Shown piece by piece: positions 33,308 through 37,124 of a DNA stretch of 37,124 nt. How positions within the stretch are numbered: the first letter of the stretch is position 1; every line of letters starts with the position of its first letter. Source of the stretch: Seison nebaliae (Eukaryota). The notes beneath the pieces were generated by a model. The model saw nothing but the letters and a program-made list of their open reading frames with translations, was not told the origin of the DNA and searched no databases. Position numbers and translations under genes: made by a program. Where the stretch lies: NCBI GenBank assembly GCA_023231475.1, contig JALJEE010003218.1:1-37124 (forward strand), given 5' to 3'.

Positions 33308-34213
33308 TTAACATTGGTTGGAACAAATGTACCTTATGTAGTAGGGCTTGTCATATGAGACGGGTAACATTCCAGTATTTCCTTTAATTATACCAAATTC
33401 TACTGGATAATTAACGTCATTGCTCTTGAAATATAATTGAGCAGATCCACTGAAGAAATAAATATACTTATGAGGAAAATCATGAAAATGGAACTTGTTA
33501 AAAGTAAAGATGGTATTATTGATATTAAAGGGAGGTTTTTGTATCATCTTTATACCGTATTTAGGACACAGTCCATTAAATGGACCTTCCGTTTTAACTA
33601 ATGTGTTTAAATGAAACCAATCCGTATATCCGACAGTTGACGATTTTTTAAAAATCACTCGTAAATTAACCTTCTTCTCACTTCCACAGAAATCCATAAT
33701 AATCTAAAAAAATAATGTTAATTAAGTCATCATTAGAAAAGGAATGGGAACATATTTGTATAAGTCTAGTTGGAGGAGATGCGGCTTTCTAGTCCAGAGG
33801 TCTGGTAACGTTTCGGTTTCTGCATCATTCATTTCTCCAATGACATGGGCTGAAAGAGAGAATGTAATTTATTATGTAATGATAGAAAACTTCTAAAAAT
33901 TTGATAAATATTCTTTTCTGTATTGAGACAGGTGAGATGACGTTTGCTAAATGAGAATTTCCTCGATTTTTCTTGACAAATGTTCTCGGTCGAATAATAA
34001 TTGTATATTTTCTTTGGAGTAATTTCAGGACTTATACTAATGTAATTAGTAGGTTTACCAATTTTATTGAAGTCTTTTATTGCTCGATGTAACAATGTAC
34101 AATCGAGGATATTGATTAACAGGAACTGCATTTCCAGTAATTTGGGGAACATCGTCCAATAGTGTAATTGAATGAAAAGTAAAAATGAAGATTGACAAAA
34201 GAATGACTTCCAT
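33308..34213 (-). CDS. Orphan protein, possibly secreted; introns 33850-33890 and 33704-33751; start 34213 (needs a 25-nt intron or frameshift) or 34152
   Basis: Two short GT-AG introns join ORF 33829-34152 to ORF 33308-33697 in frame through exon 33752-33849. A signal-like MEVILLSIFIFTFHSITLL lies upstream in another frame. Confidence 0.55.
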
Positions 34214-35080
34214 TTCTGTCGTACTGTTGACTATCGTAAAATATTGATTATTAAAAATGTTTTGGAATTAAAATTAGAAAGAAATATTAATATTAGAATT
34301 ATGTCAATTATAAAATCTCTAACAAGTTAACATTGTAAGTTGTCATTTTAGAACGTGACTTATGATACGTCTATAATACAAGTAGTGATCAAAGAGAGCA
34401 ATTATGCATCTATGATACTACGTAGTCGTTAGTCCATTCTAGCGTTAGACGGATTAGATATTGGACTTTATAAAGACGAGTACCACGCAGATCGATACTT
34501 GGAATCGATTCGCAACGGAATTTATGTAATGAAATTTAAAGGTACAAAATAAATAATATTAAAATTATCATTTATTAAAATTGTTGTACAAGTTTGTTGT
34601 AGGAGGAGAAAATGAACAACGAATTTTGAGAGTTTTGAGAAATGGAATTTCTTCCTCTATCCAGTCTAACAAGTTGATTAGAGGGAAAACATTCGAAAAA
34701 GATTTGTTCTTTACTTGAAGTAAAACTAAAAAGTGTCTTCAAGACCGAACGTCATCAATGATTTTTCCATAAAATAAAATTTAAAGAAGTTACCTAATTT
34801 CATTGTAAACAAGTGAGAGAGAATATGAAGAAATTAAAGAAATATAATAACTTTAGAAATGTGTATATATGTCTCGAAAATTTATCATTATTCAATGTTA
34901 TATGAAAATTTAATTGTCTTTTGAATAAAGTTAAATGGGAGAACTATGGTTGTTGGAATGATAATTTTGAGGAAGGTGTTGAATAAATTGAAGAAACGGA
35001 TGAAATTATCATAACTAGATCATCATCTTCTTGGTACTTGAAAGAGAATGTGAATATCAAACTATTTAAATTAAAAAAAA

Positions 35081-36814
35081 ATGAATTTGAAGATAGTTCT
35101 TGTCTATGTTCTTTGTCTTCATTGTATTTGGGGTAAGACGAAATTAATCGTTCAATTGGTTGTTGATGATGTTGATATAAGATATTCGGTGGAGGATCTG
35201 CTAACCGGAGAAGTTCACGTCAATTGATTCATTTGATTTATTAAATTTGTTTATTCAATATCATTTAAATCCATAAAGAATATTGAAAAGTGGAAGATAA
35301 TTAAATCTTTTGAAACAGATGATAATTTGCTGTTGGAAATTGACGATGAGAATTGGAAGGAACTTCAGGAGACAGACGAATGGAAATATTTAATAGAGTT
35401 TATAACAATTGATGGAATTCTTGACGTGAAGTTAACCATTGAAATTTTCTTCTTCACTTCAAATGATTTTCAAGTGAATTCAATAAAGATTTAGAAATGA
35501 TAAAAGATGATGAAATTAAGAAGAAAGAAAAACGTCATCGACGATTTGCTTTACAAAGGAATTTCGAGTCATACACATGGCTGGGCATTTATCCAACATT
35601 GATAGAGATGTTGGAATATTTTAAATTTGTGAAAGTTTATGGACATTATTTCGATTATGAAATGATTGGGAAGACTTATGAAGACCGTCCGATTTATATA
35701 ACGAGAGTTGGATATGGAAAACATAATATTTGGATGGATGGTGGGATACATGCACGAGAATGGGTGGCACCACCTACAACACTTTACACTCTACATAAGG
35801 TTTCCAATGATAGTTCGTTTAATTTGAATTATTTCGAATGTTTCTAGTTGGCATTCTCGAAGGAAGGACAACATTTATCAAAATATTTCACTTTTCATTT
35901 TCTGCCAGTACTCAATCCAGATGGATATGCATTCTCTCATGATTTCTTTGACTATACGTATTTGAAAGGTAATTTCGCATTCTCTAATACTGTTCACATT
36001 TCTTTTCGATCATTACAAATAATTTTATTTTAAACTTATTTCAAAGATTGAAAGATACATCAGACGATTCTGGAGGAAGAATCGTAGTCTCCCCAAAAAG
36101 AAAAAAATTAATCCGATCGATGGTTGTATCGGAACTGATTTGAATCGGAATTTCAATTATTCTTGGCGTTAGCATTTCCCTTCCAGAAAAATTAATTTCT
36201 CTTCATGCAAATTGTAGATCGTGCGGAAAATATTACGATTTGTGACGTTATCTATCCAGGAGAGAAGGCAGAGAGTGAATTAGAAATTCAGGCGATGACG
36301 AAATATATGAGAGAACGGAAGAATTGGTTGGTGTATTTTAGTCTTCATTCTTATGGTTGCTTCTGGTTGATACCTTGGTCAAACTCGATAGTTCGACCCA
36401 GAGATTATAACACGACAGTTTATTTTTGGAGTGATCGTACTTCTCTTTAATTCATCTTCTTCAGATTCCTTATGTCAATAAAAGTGTAACGAAATTGGAG
36501 CAACTGTACGGAACTAAGTATAAGATTGGATCAAGCATGGAGGTGATATGTTCAACAATTTTAAATAGCCTTTAAGTATTCTTCTAAATCTCTTCATATT
36601 TTATCAAGATGGTGCAAATGGGACTTCTGGTGATTGGGTGAAGAAGGAGTTGGGAACTACACATGTCAATACGTTAGAGATGACACCTTGTGCGAATAAT
36701 AAAGATTTTCTATCTTTTCATTTACCGCGGGACCTAGCACTAAGGAACTTCGATGAAGTGAATGTTGCATTCATGTCATATATAACCGATCTGTACCATA
36801 TTATACGGAAGTGA
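35081..36814 (+). CDS. Secreted M14A zinc carboxypeptidase (CPA/CPB-like) preproenzyme, ~454 aa, 8 exons
   Basis: Introns 35213-35278, 35431-35474, 35800-35847, 35992-36046, 36168-36217, 36418-36464 and 36550-36608. Signal peptide, prodomain ending [43 protein letters not shown], and TLEM (catalytic Glu). Confidence 0.92.
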
Positions 36815-37014
36815 TTAATCTATCTAGATAATATTGATTTTCTTAATAAATTTGTTGGAATTATTAAGAGTGACTATTCATGTTTACTTTAGTTCATGTT
36901 TCTTTCAATTATTTACATTCGTAAGTCCATCAAACCACTAAAATGTTTTCGTTCAACGTCATTTCTCCTTCTTCCATATCTTCAATTTCATTTCGATTTA
37001 TTTTAGAATAGAAC

Positions 37015-37124
37015 ATGTCTATACATAAAAAGAATTATAAGTCCATCGCTATAATCGTTGTACTAGTCCTTTTAGCAGTGACGGCTATTGCCGTTACAGC
37101 AGTTCTCGCAACTAGGAATCCATC
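37015..37124 (+). CDS. 5' end of a type II membrane / signal-anchor protein (truncated by the window edge)
   Basis: MSIHKKNYKS-IAIIVVLVLLAVTAIAVTAVLA-TRNP, preceded by a probable 5'UTR intron at 36951-37006 (GTT...TAG). Confidence 0.6.
   Translation, partial: MSIHKKNYKSIAIIVVLVLLAVTAIAVTAVLATRNP

Noticed and set aside
34430..34470. agtcca...tggact hairpin as a possible ncRNA
   Set aside because: Short stem only, with no tRNA, snoRNA or snRNA hallmarks.
1..37124. Prokaryotic systems (CRISPR arrays, operons, defence islands), tRNA and rRNA genes
   Set aside because: The DNA is eukaryotic with spliceosomal introns. I saw no repeat-spacer array, cloverleaf or rRNA motif.

Overview
AT-rich, gene-dense eukaryotic DNA, almost certainly animal (PGRP, an amidated neuropeptide precursor, REEP, LRRC74-like). 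The compact style would fit a small spiralian such as a syndermatan, but I cannot confirm the taxon. In order along the window: repeat and pseudogene debris; an internally deleted Mutator-like transposon with ~280-bp TIRs (1207-2879); a non-catalytic PGRP; a 4-TM protein; an LRRC74-like gene with 10 introns; intronless PRP6; an intronless, very divergent USP-like protein; a spliced neuropeptide precursor; an enlarged APC1; a REEP5/Yop1-like protein with a G/K/D repeat tail; a Zn-ribbon/OB-like unknown; intronless RRM1; an orphan gene; an M14A carboxypeptidase with 7 introns; and the start of a type II membrane protein. The most striking signal is in splicing. All ~31 coding introns I reconstructed by hand can be drawn with a GTT donor, with little conservation at +4 to +6 or in the last exon bases, and nearly all are 39-80 nt long. 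This departs from the usual AG|GTRAG consensus. Gene models are manual, based on reading frame and remembered family motifs; no database searches were run.
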